From a virus (lineage: Duplodnaviria; Heunggongvirae; Uroviricota; Caudoviricetes): a stretch of DNA of 64,000 bases. The position numbers and the translations under genes were made by a program. Shown here one piece after another: positions 1-9,989 of this stretch. The notes beneath the pieces were generated by a model. It saw nothing but the letters and a program-made list of their open reading frames with translations. It was not told the DNA's origin and searched no databases. Location: positions 44,810-108,809 of IMG/VR virus record IMGVR_UViG_3300042868_008486; one strand, written 5' to 3'. Position 1 is the stretch's first letter. Each line of letters starts with the position of its first letter.

Positions 1-1
1 C

Positions 2-160
2 TTCCAAAAATTCGCAAAAAGTTTAAATAACGCAGTTAAAGATGGTAAGTCTGATAAAGAATTATTAAAACAAGCAATTGAGGATAGAAAAGGAACTCGA
101 TTATTGAGACAGGAAAAAGTTGCAGCAGTATTAACTGACCCTAATTTAAATTTAGCATAA
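2..160 (+). CDS. 3' end of a gene truncated by the window edge
   Basis: Open frame from position 2 (FQKFAKSLNN...PNLNLA) ending in TAA 158-160, overlapping the next ATG (TAATG). Confidence 0.6.
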   Translation, partial: FQKFAKSLNNAVKDGKSDKELLKQAIEDRKGTRLLRQEKVAAVLTDPNLNLA

Positions 161-1302
161 TGAGAAAATTAATAGAAAGTGTACTCCACGAAGAATTGGG
201 GGTCCCATCAAACATTGTTGAAGCGGCAAAAAGTATTACTGAAAACGTATACTATGAACTAAAAAAAATATTTAGTGGTGATGGTTATCTAACTGAAGAT
301 AATTATCCATTATCATTCCGAATAAATACGAACATTAGTGATTTAACCATCAAAAATATTTCCTTTATGTTAGAAATTAAAGAGGCGGGTGTTGATGAGT
401 TAACTTTGGGAGGTGCAGGATTTAATCCAAGACAAAGTGTTGATTACAATAAATTTGTTTATGTTTCAAAAAAAGACCCAAGTGATTTACACATTATGTT
501 AAAATTCTACATACCTGATGATGAAGATGTTGATGTAACATTTGATGACTTTTTCACATACTATGAAGAAAATTTTAATGATGTTGTAAATAACATTTCA
601 CACGAAATAAAACACGCTTACGACCATTTTAAAAAACCTGAAGAATCTATCCCATCATCAGTTGAATATCAATCATCAATTAATTTTGGATTTGGTATTA
701 GACCATTACAAGAATTCTTTTTTGATGTTTACTACAGTCATCAAACTGAAAATTTGGTGAGAGCCACTGAGATTTATACAAGTGTTAAAACAGAAAAGAT
801 TAATGAAGACAGATTTCTTGAGTTTTTATTAAAGACCGAATCATACAAACGTTATAAGAACCTACAAAATTTTACGTTTGAGCAATTTTATAATTCATTA
901 TTAGATTCGGTTGACGTTATTAAAGAAAGACTTGAGTCAAACGAAATTGATATTCCTGAAACAGATGATGAGGTTGTTAAATTAATTTTACAATTAGCCT
1001 ACACTAACATTACCAATAAAAAAATTGACACTTTAAATAAACATTTAGCAAGTGGTTTTGCCGAAATGTTTATGGGTATTGACCCTGAAAGTGAAAAAGG
1101 TAAATTTTTCAATAAAAACGCATCTAAATTTGGTAGATATGAAAATAATTATTTAGGTTTTTATAAAGACCAAATAAAAAAATTCAATATAGTCGGAGAT
1201 AAAATGGTTAAAAAAATCTCAAAGTTATATGCAATTGCTAACAATGAAGATTCTAACCAAAGTGATATCATCAAAAAAATATATAACAAAGTAAACCCCT
1301 AA
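160..1302 (+). CDS. Leader-bearing protein with HExxH zinc-metallopeptidase-like motif
   Basis: 380 aa; SHEIKHAYD motif followed by downstream E (HQTENLVRATE); N-terminus MRKLIESVLHEE. Confidence 0.55.
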   Translation: MRKLIESVLHEELGVPSNIVEAAKSITENVYYELKKIFSGDGYLTEDNYPLSFRINTNISDLTIKNISFMLEIKEAGVDELTLGGAGFNPRQSVDYNKFVYVSKKDPSDLHIMLKFYIPDDEDVDVTFDDFFTYYEENFNDVVNNISHEIKHAYDHFKKPEESIPSSVEYQSSINFGFGIRPLQEFFFDVYYSHQTENLVRATEIYTSVKTEKINEDRFLEFLLKTESYKRYKNLQNFTFEQFYNSLLDSVDVIKERLESNEIDIPETDDEVVKLILQLAYTNITNKKIDTLNKHLASGFAEMFMGIDPESEKGKFFNKNASKFGRYENNYLGFYKDQIKKFNIVGDKMVKKISKLYAIANNEDSNQSDIIKKIYNKVNP

Positions 1303-1319
1303 TTAAATAGGGGTTTTTT
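1293..1319. terminator. Bidirectional intrinsic terminator between convergent genes
   Basis: AAACCCCT-aattaaat-AGGGGTTT followed by T-run. Confidence 0.8.
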
Positions 1320-1320
1320 A

Positions 1321-1623
1321 TTAATTAGATAAATCAGTGGGTTCAAAACCAAAGAACTCAGATAATTTACTAAACTCCGGTTTCATACCACTTGAGTAAT
1401 CACTATATTTTAAATCTCTACCTTCAGAATCAATTAGACTAAGCATACCACTAACATATTTGAATATGTTTTTATCGTTCAAGATTGCTATTAATTCACG
1501 ATGTTCATCAATCATCATATAACCTTCCATAGTTTTATATGCGGTTAATATGTTTCCCTCCGAATTTAACAATACAATACTTGGGAATTTCTTATTCAAC
1601 AAACTAATTTCTTTTTTCTTCAT
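1321..1623 (-). CDS. Hypothetical protein
   Basis: 100 aa ORF packed in operon with neighbours. Confidence 0.55.
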   Translation of the reverse strand: MKKKEISLLNKKFPSIVLLNSEGNILTAYKTMEGYMMIDEHRELIAILNDKNIFKYVSGMLSLIDSEGRDLKYSDYSSGMKPEFSKLSEFFGFEPTDLSN

Positions 1624-1626
1624 AAC

Positions 1627-1860
1627 TTAACTTATTATATTGATTTCACTTTCTGTTTCAATGACAACTCTCGCACCACAACTTAATATAGGTTTTTTAT
1701 CCCCACTACCACAATATATTATCTTACTTGGACCAAGTATCTCAACTTCATTACAATAAGTGTTCTTACGTCCTTGTTTTATCGTAATTACGGGTAAGTC
1801 AGTATCTTTTGTTTTGTTTGACCTGATATGATGTTGATTAACGTGTATCCGTGTCTTCAT
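1627..1860 (-). CDS. Small phage hypothetical protein (IHVNQH...LSCGARV type)
   Basis: 77 aa; upstream TATATTTG promoter (caaatata ~1866 on + strand). Confidence 0.6.
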   Translation of the reverse strand: MKTRIHVNQHHIRSNKTKDTDLPVITIKQGRKNTYCNEVEILGPSKIIYCGSGDKKPILSCGARVVIETESEINIIS

Positions 1861-1878
1861 TTCTTCAAATATAATAAA

Positions 1879-3207
1879 TTAATTTGATAATGGTGCTTTT
1901 ATTGTTGGATGTGATTGATATCCGATAATCTCAAAATCCGTAATTTCCATATTCTTAATAAGAACATCAATATCACTATGTAAAGGACCAACACCACATT
2001 CACCTGATTCAGTAGGCCAAAACTCAGTGTTAATGTTTAATGTTGGTAATTGAAATGGTGTCCTTGTTCTTGTCGGAATTTTAAATTCATCACAAACTTT
2101 TGTGAATTCTTCATCACTCATTCCTTCCTGTATCTTAGACAAATCTAATTTGGGGTTTTCATAACACATACAAACTCTTTCATCAACTCGTAATTCTCTA
2201 CCAATTTGTTCTTTTGCTTGTTCAATATGGTTTGAATATAAATGAGTATCTCCCAAGTTTCCAATTAATTGGTCAGGAACCATATTCACCTCTTTAGCAA
2301 TGATTTCCAATAACAATCCATAAGATGCAATATTGAATGGTAAACCTAAGAATGTATCTACTGAACGTTGATTCCACATTAATGAGATTGCTCTTCTTTG
2401 AGGAACTACATTAGTCCCTAAATTATCTAAAAATTCGTGTCTGTATACTAATTTTAATTCTTCAGTTTCATCAGGGTGATGTGTTTTAGTTAAACAATCT
2501 TCTCTTATTAACGGATTAAATTTATCTGCTATTGACAATCTCTCATCTAAACTCAACTCTCTTGTATAAACTTGAAATCCATAATGACAAGGTGGTAGTA
2601 CCATTGAATCCAATTCTCCAACATTCCAAGCATTTACCATCAAACGTCTTGAATCAGGATTTGTTTTAAGTTCGTTGATTAAACACGAGATTTGGTCAAT
2701 AACTGTTTGGTCAGCTTCTTCATAAATGTTTTCATATGAACCGTCAGTTGAAAAATACATTTTCTTTTTAGTCCATCTTCTCCATTGCTTACCATACACA
2801 GGACCTAAATCACCCCACTTCTTAGCAAACTCATCATCTGTTTTGATTTTGTTGATGAATTCTTCTTGCGTGTAGGAACGTTTGACTGTTTCATCCTCAT
2901 AAAATTCGTGACCATCTTTATAAGCGGTACAGTAATTCTTATAAGCATCACCATCCCAAATATGACAATCATTATCAACAAGGTATTTGATGTTTGTATC
3001 ACCACGTAAGAACCATAACAATTCGGTAATAACTCCTTTCATATACATTTTCTTTGTTGTAAGAAGAGGAAATCCGTCCTTCATATTATGACGAATGGTA
3101 TAACCAAAGATAGATTTAGTTCCCGTACCGGTTCTATCTTTCTTATCAACCCCATAATCTAATATGGTTTGAAGTAAATCTGTGTATTGTTTATCTAACG
3201 TGTTCAT
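1879..3207 (-). CDS. thyA: Thymidylate synthase with three large insertions
   Basis: DRTGTGT, FPLLTTKK, ELLWFLRG, LGPVYGKQWR, SRRLMVNAWN, LPPCH (catalytic Cys), QRSVDTFLGLPFNIASY, GDTHLYSNH, C-terminal IKAPLS. Confidence 0.97.
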   Translation of the reverse strand: MNTLDKQYTDLLQTILDYGVDKKDRTGTGTKSIFGYTIRHNMKDGFPLLTTKKMYMKGVITELLWFLRGDTNIKYLVDNDCHIWDGDAYKNYCTAYKDGHEFYEDETVKRSYTQEEFINKIKTDDEFAKKWGDLGPVYGKQWRRWTKKKMYFSTDGSYENIYEEADQTVIDQISCLINELKTNPDSRRLMVNAWNVGELDSMVLPPCHYGFQVYTRELSLDERLSIADKFNPLIREDCLTKTHHPDETEELKLVYRHEFLDNLGTNVVPQRRAISLMWNQRSVDTFLGLPFNIASYGLLLEIIAKEVNMVPDQLIGNLGDTHLYSNHIEQAKEQIGRELRVDERVCMCYENPKLDLSKIQEGMSDEEFTKVCDEFKIPTRTRTPFQLPTLNINTEFWPTESGECGVGPLHSDIDVLIKNMEITDFEIIGYQSHPTIKAPLSN

Positions 3208-3212
3208 ATAAT

Positions 3213-3854
3213 TTATTTTTTCTTTTTTTTGGTTTCAGGATAAACACCTAAAGAATACCCTAACATTAATTCAAGATTCCCTAAGTTTGTTTCAGTTCTC
3301 ACAGGGGTGTCATTATTATAGAATAACGAACAAAGAACTATTTTTTTCTGTGACAAACTATAAACTACTTTCCAACAAATTGAAGGTATCTTCATCCCAT
3401 TCACTTCGATATTTGGGGTTCCCCAATATCCACCTGTATAAATCATTAGTGAATCGGTTTGGGACATTTTCCTAATCTCGGTTTCCATCGCTTTCCAAAT
3501 CCCTCTATTAAGTTTTCTTGTTTGTGGTAATCTATTATAATCTCTAAAAGTTAAAGAATCAAGACGACAGTTATACGCAAAGTCTTCGGCGTTAGCCAAA
3601 TGTCCTTTATCGTATAAAGTCCCTTTATATTGATTCTCATTCACTAATTTTAATTTAGTATCGTTCACCCAATTGGTGGCTCTTTGACACTTACCACCAC
3701 CTTTATACAACTTGTATTTCACATATAATGGTTGTTCTAATTGTTTATTAACGTAAGCGGTGTAAGCTTCATTTATAATTGTCGTGTCAACTTTATATTG
3801 ACTCAATAATGGTAAACTTACCATTAAACATAACACTAAAAAAAATCCTTTCAT
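3213..3854 (-). CDS. DNA/RNA non-specific endonuclease (NucA/Serratia type) with signal peptide
   Basis: YDKGHLA catalytic motif, N..PQ..KLNRGIWKAME, KIPSICWKVVY; hydrophobic N-terminus. Confidence 0.87.
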   Translation of the reverse strand: MKGFFLVLCLMVSLPLLSQYKVDTTIINEAYTAYVNKQLEQPLYVKYKLYKGGGKCQRATNWVNDTKLKLVNENQYKGTLYDKGHLANAEDFAYNCRLDSLTFRDYNRLPQTRKLNRGIWKAMETEIRKMSQTDSLMIYTGGYWGTPNIEVNGMKIPSICWKVVYSLSQKKIVLCSLFYNNDTPVRTETNLGNLELMLGYSLGVYPETKKKKK

Positions 3855-4115
3855 TTATTTTGTTTCTTCAATTGTGTATTGTCCACAAATAATAACTCTT
3901 TTATGGTCTTCGTTAATCATACTAAGACAAGATTTATCAATTACCTTATACGTTATTGCGTGATATCGGTATTTATGTGAATCTATAATTAAATACTTAC
4001 ATTGGTTGTATTTGTTATCTTCACATTTTACGAATAACACTGAACTAACAATAATCATTACCATTACAATAATACCAACTATGGCATCAAATTTATTCAT
4101 ATAACCATCCGTCAT
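3855..4115 (-). CDS. Small membrane-anchored hypothetical protein
   Basis: N-terminal hydrophobic helix. Confidence 0.5.
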   Translation of the reverse strand: MTDGYMNKFDAIVGIIVMVMIIVSSVLFVKCEDNKYNQCKYLIIDSHKYRYHAITYKVIDKSCLSMINEDHKRVIICGQYTIEETK

Positions 4116-4408
4116 AACAATTCTGTTATTAATTTAACAACTTCACTCTTGTATCCACCGATAGTCCATTCAGTAATGGTTTCAATATTTGGATTACCAT
4201 ACTTAGCACCATTTTTATAGTTGTAGATATTAGCGACCTCACCGTTTTCAAATTCCACTTTCCATTCAGCATCAACTTTACCATCACCTGACGCCTTTCT
4301 TGGTTCTCCAAATAATTCAACCAACTTAGCGTAAGTTGTTGTGAAATCAGCTTTGTGCGATGTTCCAACCACGTTGATGTGTTCGTCGTTATGTGTTCTA
4401 TATTTCAT
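4112..4408 (-). CDS. Phage hypothetical protein
   Basis: 98 aa (GDGKVDAEW...IYNYK...W.IGG); TATATTTG promoter at ~4427. Confidence 0.6.
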   Translation of the reverse strand: MKYRTHNDEHINVVGTSHKADFTTTYAKLVELFGEPRKASGDGKVDAEWKVEFENGEVANIYNYKNGAKYGNPNIETITEWTIGGYKSEVVKLITELL

Positions 4409-4440
4409 ATTCTTTAGATTTTAAAACAAATATAAATAAA

Positions 4441-4468
4441 AAACCCCAAACTTTTTAGATTTGGGGTT
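4441..4468. terminator. Intrinsic terminator hairpin
   Basis: AACCCCAAA-ctttttaga-TTTGGGGTT with A-run on + strand (U-run on minus). Confidence 0.75.
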
Positions 4469-4477
4469 AAATTATTT

Positions 4478-5410
4478 TTAATAATCTGATATTTGATACG
4501 CTCTGAGTGGTTTGACATCATCTAAACCATAAACCTCACTAAGCCATACCTTTAATAGTGATTGGATTTCATCCCAATCATAACCTAAAACTTCACCAAA
4601 AAACGCCCATACTCTATCATTATCAATATTAACAATATGTCTACCATCATCGTTATAATACGCAAATAATGGTTTACCATTTTCATCACGATAAAACAAA
4701 ACCTCACCTTTCTTAACCGGATTTAAATTATTAAATTGGTTAAGGAATGATAATGGATTATCTTGATATGCTCGTTTGATTATATCTAAATTACCACCGA
4801 ACAATTTAATAGCGTTTTCATATCCCAAGTCTTCGACTGCGTGTCTTACCTTCTTATTTAATGGGTTATCACTTTCTTCTTTTAATACATTTTTGATTGT
4901 ATCTCTTAAAGATTCCCCTTCACGTATCATACCATCCCACAAACCTGTTTTATCAAGTAATCCAAAGGCTTCTTCATCACTAATCACATCTTCATAACCT
5001 GGCCAATTATATGGTCTACCATTGAATGATTTGATAAATAGATTTTGGTGTGATGGGATTTCCAAATCAATATCGTATATTTCAAATCCGTGGTCATCGG
5101 CAACCGCACCAATCCATTGTTTTAATAGATATATCTCTTCACCTGATAGATTTTTAAAATCAACAATCATATCAACAATTATCTCAACAAATTCTTCATC
5201 CATAATATCATAATCCAATATATTAAAATAAAAAAATGCGTCAGGAAAACGTCTTTGTGAAACACTACAACTACCTTTTAAATTGCCAAGATGATGACCT
5301 AATTCAGGGTTATCATCAACCACTTGTTTAAATTTGTAGAAACCACCCAACATTTTAATTGCTTGAGATAGTCCAAACTTTTCAATTAAGTTATTAATTT
5401 TCTCAACCAT
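4478..5410 (-). CDS. Two-module paralog-family protein (G..aIK..GG module twice; ends WLSEVYGL)
   Basis: 310 aa; FGLSQAIKMLGG and LGYENAIKLFGG; internal VLKEE; C-terminal domain similar to 12712, 13137, 24529, 25400. Confidence 0.7.
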   Translation of the reverse strand: MVEKINNLIEKFGLSQAIKMLGGFYKFKQVVDDNPELGHHLGNLKGSCSVSQRRFPDAFFYFNILDYDIMDEEFVEIIVDMIVDFKNLSGEEIYLLKQWIGAVADDHGFEIYDIDLEIPSHQNLFIKSFNGRPYNWPGYEDVISDEEAFGLLDKTGLWDGMIREGESLRDTIKNVLKEESDNPLNKKVRHAVEDLGYENAIKLFGGNLDIIKRAYQDNPLSFLNQFNNLNPVKKGEVLFYRDENGKPLFAYYNDDGRHIVNIDNDRVWAFFGEVLGYDWDEIQSLLKVWLSEVYGLDDVKPLRAYQISDY

Positions 5411-5414
5411 AATT

Positions 5415-5831
5415 TTAATCTTGAATACTAGGGATAACTTCCGAATCTAACCAATGTTCAAATTCATAATAACCACCCATTTCTTTTAATACATTTTGTA
5501 ATCGAACATCCTCATCAGATAATGTTGAATAGAAATCAAACTCAAGTAAATAACCACGTTTATCAGTAGCAATAACACCTAAGTATTCATCACCGTAAAA
5601 TCTAATCTCTCCGTAATATTCAATCTCACCATTTTCAATTTCCTTCATTTCAGAATAGGTAAATTTAATGGGTAAAGATTTAATCTCACCTTCAATTGTC
5701 ATACCTTCTTTAGTATCGTATTCCTCATTACCGTAACCGGTATTACTATCGTAATCCTCATCGTCATAAACACTTTGTTCAAACAAGTGTTTGTATTTTT
5801 TATACTGACTTTCTGTAATTATTATTTTCAT
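5415..5831 (-). CDS. MKIIITE-leader acidic protein
   Basis: MKIIITESQY; TATTTAT 5 nt upstream of ATG. Confidence 0.7.
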   Translation of the reverse strand: MKIIITESQYKKYKHLFEQSVYDDEDYDSNTGYGNEEYDTKEGMTIEGEIKSLPIKFTYSEMKEIENGEIEYYGEIRFYGDEYLGVIATDKRGYLLEFDFYSTLSDEDVRLQNVLKEMGGYYEFEHWLDSEVIPSIQD

Positions 5832-5858
5832 ATACTATAAATATGTTACATTTTTAAA

Positions 5859-6236
5859 ATGAAAGCAATAATCGCAGTTAACAATTTAGGGTTCATTGGA
5901 ATTGGGGATAAATTATTATGGAAATCAACCGATGACTTAAAACATTTTAAATCACTAACACTGAACCAAACTCTATTAGTTGGTTACAGAACCTTTACAG
6001 GTCTACCACCATTAAAAAATAGAACACTTATTGTTGATGAAAGAGATAAATTAATTACCGATGTTGATTGGTGTATTGGGGGTAAAAAAACGTATGAGAA
6101 ATATTGTCATCTATTTACCGAAATCCATATCTCACATATTGATAATGATGATATTGGTAACGTAACATTTCCTGACCTATCAAACTTGAATCCTGAATGT
6201 AAAGTTTTTAATTACCGGTTCGAATCCCAAAATTGA
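5859..6236 (+). CDS. folA: Dihydrofolate reductase (short form)
   Basis: IIAVNNLGFIG..DKLLW, DDLKHFK..T, VGYRTF..LPPLKNR, IGGKKTY; close to thyA. Confidence 0.9.
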   Translation: MKAIIAVNNLGFIGIGDKLLWKSTDDLKHFKSLTLNQTLLVGYRTFTGLPPLKNRTLIVDERDKLITDVDWCIGGKKTYEKYCHLFTEIHISHIDNDDIGNVTFPDLSNLNPECKVFNYRFESQN

Positions 6237-6628
6237 TAATCCATATTATAAATTGTTTGTAACTGAGGTTTTCTTTCACAATTTACCAATAATAAGATAT
6301 TCTCAAGTTTTTCATTAAAGTCGTGAACATCAAAACTTTTTCTCATTACAAAATTAATAATGATTAAACCATTATCAACATTAAACTCAATATTGTATTC
6401 TGATATATTTCTACGGTAGTTCTTATTTACAAATGAGTTAACCATATTGTGAAATAAATGGATGTCATATTGTTCAAAACAAGGACGACTACGATGAATA
6501 TGAATAGGGACTCTACCTATCATAGTATCAAGTCTCCTATCGTTATGTGTTATATTCAGTGTTCCCATAGTTGAAATTATAGTAAATAAAAAATCCCCAA
6601 TCAAGTTGGGGATTATATGTTTTACCAC
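6212..6628 (-). CDS. Hypothetical protein (true start probably downstream of the 6588-6614 hairpin)
   Basis: 138 aa ORF, convergent overlap with DHFR. Confidence 0.4.
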   Translation of the reverse strand: MVKHIIPNLIGDFLFTIISTMGTLNITHNDRRLDTMIGRVPIHIHRSRPCFEQYDIHLFHNMVNSFVNKNYRRNISEYNIEFNVDNGLIIINFVMRKSFDVHDFNEKLENILLLVNCERKPQLQTIYNMDYQFWDSNR

Positions 6629-7011
6629 TGAGGGTCTTTATCTTTTCGTTCAATATTATCTTCAATAATCTTAACCTGAATTTCTCTTGACTTACCAACA
6701 GAATTAACTTTGAGGTAATACTCAATATTGTGATATATTTGGAAACAATCAACGAATCTAATACCTCCCAATATTGTTGATACGTGCACTTTAAAAATAG
6801 TTAATGTAAATCCTGGATAAATCTCAGTCTCTTTCTCAACATTATTAACTGTGATTGAGTCAATACTTGTAACGTCATTTAAGATTTCAGGGTCAACCCA
6901 ATCAGGTGTTGCTTGATTTTCATCAGCAATGTCCCATAACAAATTCAAACAATCATCGGTTAATTTTTGATAGAGACCTACTAATTTATTTTCGCTGATT
7001 AAAACTTTCAT
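6622..7011 (-). CDS. MKVLISE-leader protein (start corrected to 7011)
   Basis: MKVLISENKL; TATTTAT-N4-ATG; similar to N-terminal domains of 13137 and 16352. Confidence 0.65.
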   Translation of the reverse strand: MKVLISENKLVGLYQKLTDDCLNLLWDIADENQATPDWVDPEILNDVTSIDSITVNNVEKETEIYPGFTLTIFKVHVSTILGGIRFVDCFQIYHNIEYYLKVNSVGKSREIQVKIIEDNIERKDKDPQW

Positions 7012-7034
7012 ACAAATAAATATGGTGTTAAACA

Positions 7035-7061
7035 AAAAACCCACCTGATGAGGTGGGTTTT
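7035..7061. terminator. Intrinsic terminator hairpin
   Basis: AAACCCAC-ctgatgag-GTGGGTTT; related copies at ~15345 and ~19772. Confidence 0.75.
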
Positions 7062-7063
7062 AA

Positions 7064-7249
7064 TTAACTCATTAATTTCTTAATGGATAACATAATTTGT
7101 ACTTGTTTATTTTCTAATACTTTAATACGTTTCATCTGTTCATCATTCATTTCAAAGTGTTCAGCTTTAATTTCCGATATTTGATTTCCGACTCTAGTAT
7201 GTTCGTTTAGTAATTGTCCGTACATCTGTGCTTTTTGAGAATTTTCCAT
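7064..7249 (-). CDS. Small coiled-coil hypothetical protein
   Basis: 61 aa, heptad-like. Confidence 0.5.
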   Translation of the reverse strand: MENSQKAQMYGQLLNEHTRVGNQISEIKAEHFEMNDEQMKRIKVLENKQVQIMLSIKKLMS

Positions 7250-7288
7250 AACTGTAATATAATAATGTTTGTTTTAATATCAAGGATT

Positions 7289-7843
7289 TTATGCAAATTC
7301 AATTTCACACAGATACCCCATTTTATCTGTGTAATTTTTTTGAAAGTGTTTTGCAGTTAACCATAAAAATTCATCACGATATTCATTAACAACTGCGAAA
7401 TAATCATCATCATCATTTTCAACAGGGTACAATTCATCAAATGGTCTACCACCATCAACGATTGTGCTGAAATCAATATCAATCCAAACCGTAACATCTT
7501 TATCTTTAGTGTTAACATCAATACGAGCGAACCTAACGTCACCACTTAAATCATCATCACTTAATGTTATTTGGATGTAATCTTTCGACATATATAAATG
7601 GGGACTTGATGTTGATTGGTTAAACTTATAACCATCTTCCTCAAAATACTTTAATGGGTTTATGTTATGTTCTTCATTCCATTCTAAAACCCAACCTTCA
7701 AGATGATGGTGAAAAGACATCGGCATACGCATTAACTTCATCAAATTTTCATCAATTGACGCATACCCCCGTTTATCCCAAATCTTTCTAAATGATTTTT
7801 TCCAAACATCCATTAATTGGTCCTCAGTTATTAATACTTTCAT
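7289..7843 (-). CDS. MKVLITE-leader protein, similar to 60576..61115
   Basis: MKVLITEDQL; F.K.WDK pattern shared with 60576 ORF. Confidence 0.65.
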   Translation of the reverse strand: MKVLITEDQLMDVWKKSFRKIWDKRGYASIDENLMKLMRMPMSFHHHLEGWVLEWNEEHNINPLKYFEEDGYKFNQSTSSPHLYMSKDYIQITLSDDDLSGDVRFARIDVNTKDKDVTVWIDIDFSTIVDGGRPFDELYPVENDDDDYFAVVNEYRDEFLWLTAKHFQKNYTDKMGYLCEIEFA

Positions 7844-7848
7844 AAATA

Positions 7849-8481
7849 TTATGCGTCTTTACGTTTACCTAAACCGGCCTTTGGTATGTAAACAATGGGT
7901 TCCCATAACCAACTAACATTAGGTATTACTTTTGTTAATTTTTCTATAACACGGAAATCACTACAAGACCAAGAATCCCAAATAGCATCTTTCGAATATT
8001 TGAAATTGAATCCAATACAGGACCCCCCAATTTTAGTTAATCTCATATCACCATAACTAAGAGGTAATGTTCTACCACTTGAAAATTTCATCCTCCAAGC
8101 AACTAAAGTATCATCATCAACGGTGTTGATTTTCTTGACCACTTTTTGAACTGAATTTTTATCAATAAATAAATCATCATCATCCAAATAAATTATCCAA
8201 CCATCAGTAACTTTTTCATTTAAAATGTTAAGATATAGGTTATGAACCATTTTACGACTTCTACGTGGTGGTTCAGTGTCCGATTGAATTACATTTTCTT
8301 TATCTATTAGGACATAATCTGTAATCCCCATTTCTTCAATATAAGGGATTGAATCTTTATCATCGGTACAAACAATATGTCGAATATTCTTATATGTTTG
8401 AGACCTAACAGATTCAACATTCCTTTTAAAACCTATTGGTCGTCCTGAAGTTCTTGTTAAAATATTAATTAATGGTTCCAT
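7849..8481 (-). CDS. Glycosyltransferase, GT-A fold (family 2-like)
   Basis: INILTRT...SVRSQTYKN..IVCTDD; WIIYLDDDDLF DxD motif. Confidence 0.85.
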   Translation of the reverse strand: MEPLINILTRTSGRPIGFKRNVESVRSQTYKNIRHIVCTDDKDSIPYIEEMGITDYVLIDKENVIQSDTEPPRRSRKMVHNLYLNILNEKVTDGWIIYLDDDDLFIDKNSVQKVVKKINTVDDDTLVAWRMKFSSGRTLPLSYGDMRLTKIGGSCIGFNFKYSKDAIWDSWSCSDFRVIEKLTKVIPNVSWLWEPIVYIPKAGLGKRKDA

Positions 8482-8496
8482 ATATTAATATAAATA

Positions 8497-8889
8497 TTAG
8501 AAAAAAAAGTTACGGGAATGGATTCTACAAACTTCATCATTCAAATGATTCAAATATCTCCCAAATGTTTGGTCAGACCTAATTCCCGACATTATTCCCT
8601 TATCTAAATTGGGGTGTAACATAACAGTATTCTTATCCCCACCATATATATAGATTTTATTATGAAATGGGAACCCATTCATACTATAATAAATTGCGTC
8701 AAAATCAAAAACTTTACCACCAATACGATATCTAACATCAAAACTATTAGGGTCGTACATTGTATAATAATTAGTATTAATCCTGACAAAATAATGGTCC
8801 TCAAAATAACTAATAGTATACTCGCAAGGACAAAAGAAATTCATAAATTTCTCAACTATCCTAAATTTTTTCAATTCAATCTCATCCAT
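8497..8889 (-). CDS. Hypothetical protein
   Basis: 130 aa ORF. Confidence 0.5.
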   Translation of the reverse strand: MDEIELKKFRIVEKFMNFFCPCEYTISYFEDHYFVRINTNYYTMYDPNSFDVRYRIGGKVFDFDAIYYSMNGFPFHNKIYIYGGDKNTVMLHPNLDKGIMSGIRSDQTFGRYLNHLNDEVCRIHSRNFFF

Positions 8890-8941
8890 ATTAGAATATT
8901 AAATAAAATTTCATTAATTTAGTAGTATCAAATATTGAATT

Positions 8942-9989
8942 ATGGAAAATTTTGACAAAATAAGAGAAGTCGTAATCAAATGTATCAAACGAAAATACGA
9001 CAATAGTAAAATAACCTTCACCAATGATAATAACATATATCAACTTGATATTCGAATTTTTAGTAATTCCCCAACAAAACAATTAGAATGTGTTTGTGAT
9101 GTTGAAGAGATATTAAAATTATGTCACATTAAAGAAGATATTAAAATTAGAGTTAATGACCGTAATCGGTTATTTATTCATATTGACGTAATAAGTGAAA
9201 ATTTAGTAAAATTTAGGAAAAAATTGGATTTACCAACACCAGTAATTACGGCAATACAGAATAGTTCTTATGGAATACATTGTAATACTGACCCAATATG
9301 ATAGATAATATTTTCAGAAAATTCTTTTGGAGTATAGACGCAATTGAATTACGTTCACAAGATAGAGTTATGACCGTTTACGGTAGACAAGTAGGGTATT
9401 TAACTCTAGGTATCGCACCTAAAAATAAATTAGTTCCTGACGAACTAAAAAGTTATAATGGTGTTGTTGATACCGTCAAAATAATTATTCGTGACCACGC
9501 CAACATTAATCAAGCCCCACTAAGAGAATGGGGTAAAATGTGTTGTATTAAAGAATGTGATTTTGACCATTACATTAAACAAGTTTATATTGAAACATTA
9601 CAACGTAAACGACGAGAAGAATTAATTAAGCCACATAAATTCATTTGGTGATGAAAGATATTGATATTAGATTATTGATTAAAAAAACAATATGTAAAAT
9701 GGAGTCCCCATTCTCTTCGGTTAATGTGAAGATTTCAAAATTAATGTACTTAGATAGTGAAGTTTCACAACTATCTTTCAGTGCATCAACATATTATCTT
9801 GTAACACAAAATAAAAATATTTATGAAATTGAAGTCATATACCACCCCCGTTCATTTCTGTCATCAACATTTGAACAAAGAAATAAATACGAGAATAGAG
9901 CAACCAATTCAATACAATTAATGTTAGGTGGGTTATTAAAAGTCGAACCTGAAGATATCAAACTCAAGTTCATTATTGGGGGATGTTAA
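8942..9989 (+). other. Three overlapping plus-strand hypothetical genes (8942-9301, 9298-9651, 9645-9989)
   Basis: Start/stop overlaps indicate a small operon. Confidence 0.55.

Noticed and set aside
1879-3207. ThyA as a dCMP hydroxymethylase or intein-containing gene
   Set aside because: Asn of GLPFN (dUMP specificity) is retained; inserts lack intein C/S...HN ends and homing-nuclease motifs
6217-6228. GGTTCGAATCCC tRNA T-loop-like motif
   Set aside because: T-stem does not pair beyond 2 bp, no acceptor or anticodon arm, lies inside the DHFR 3' end
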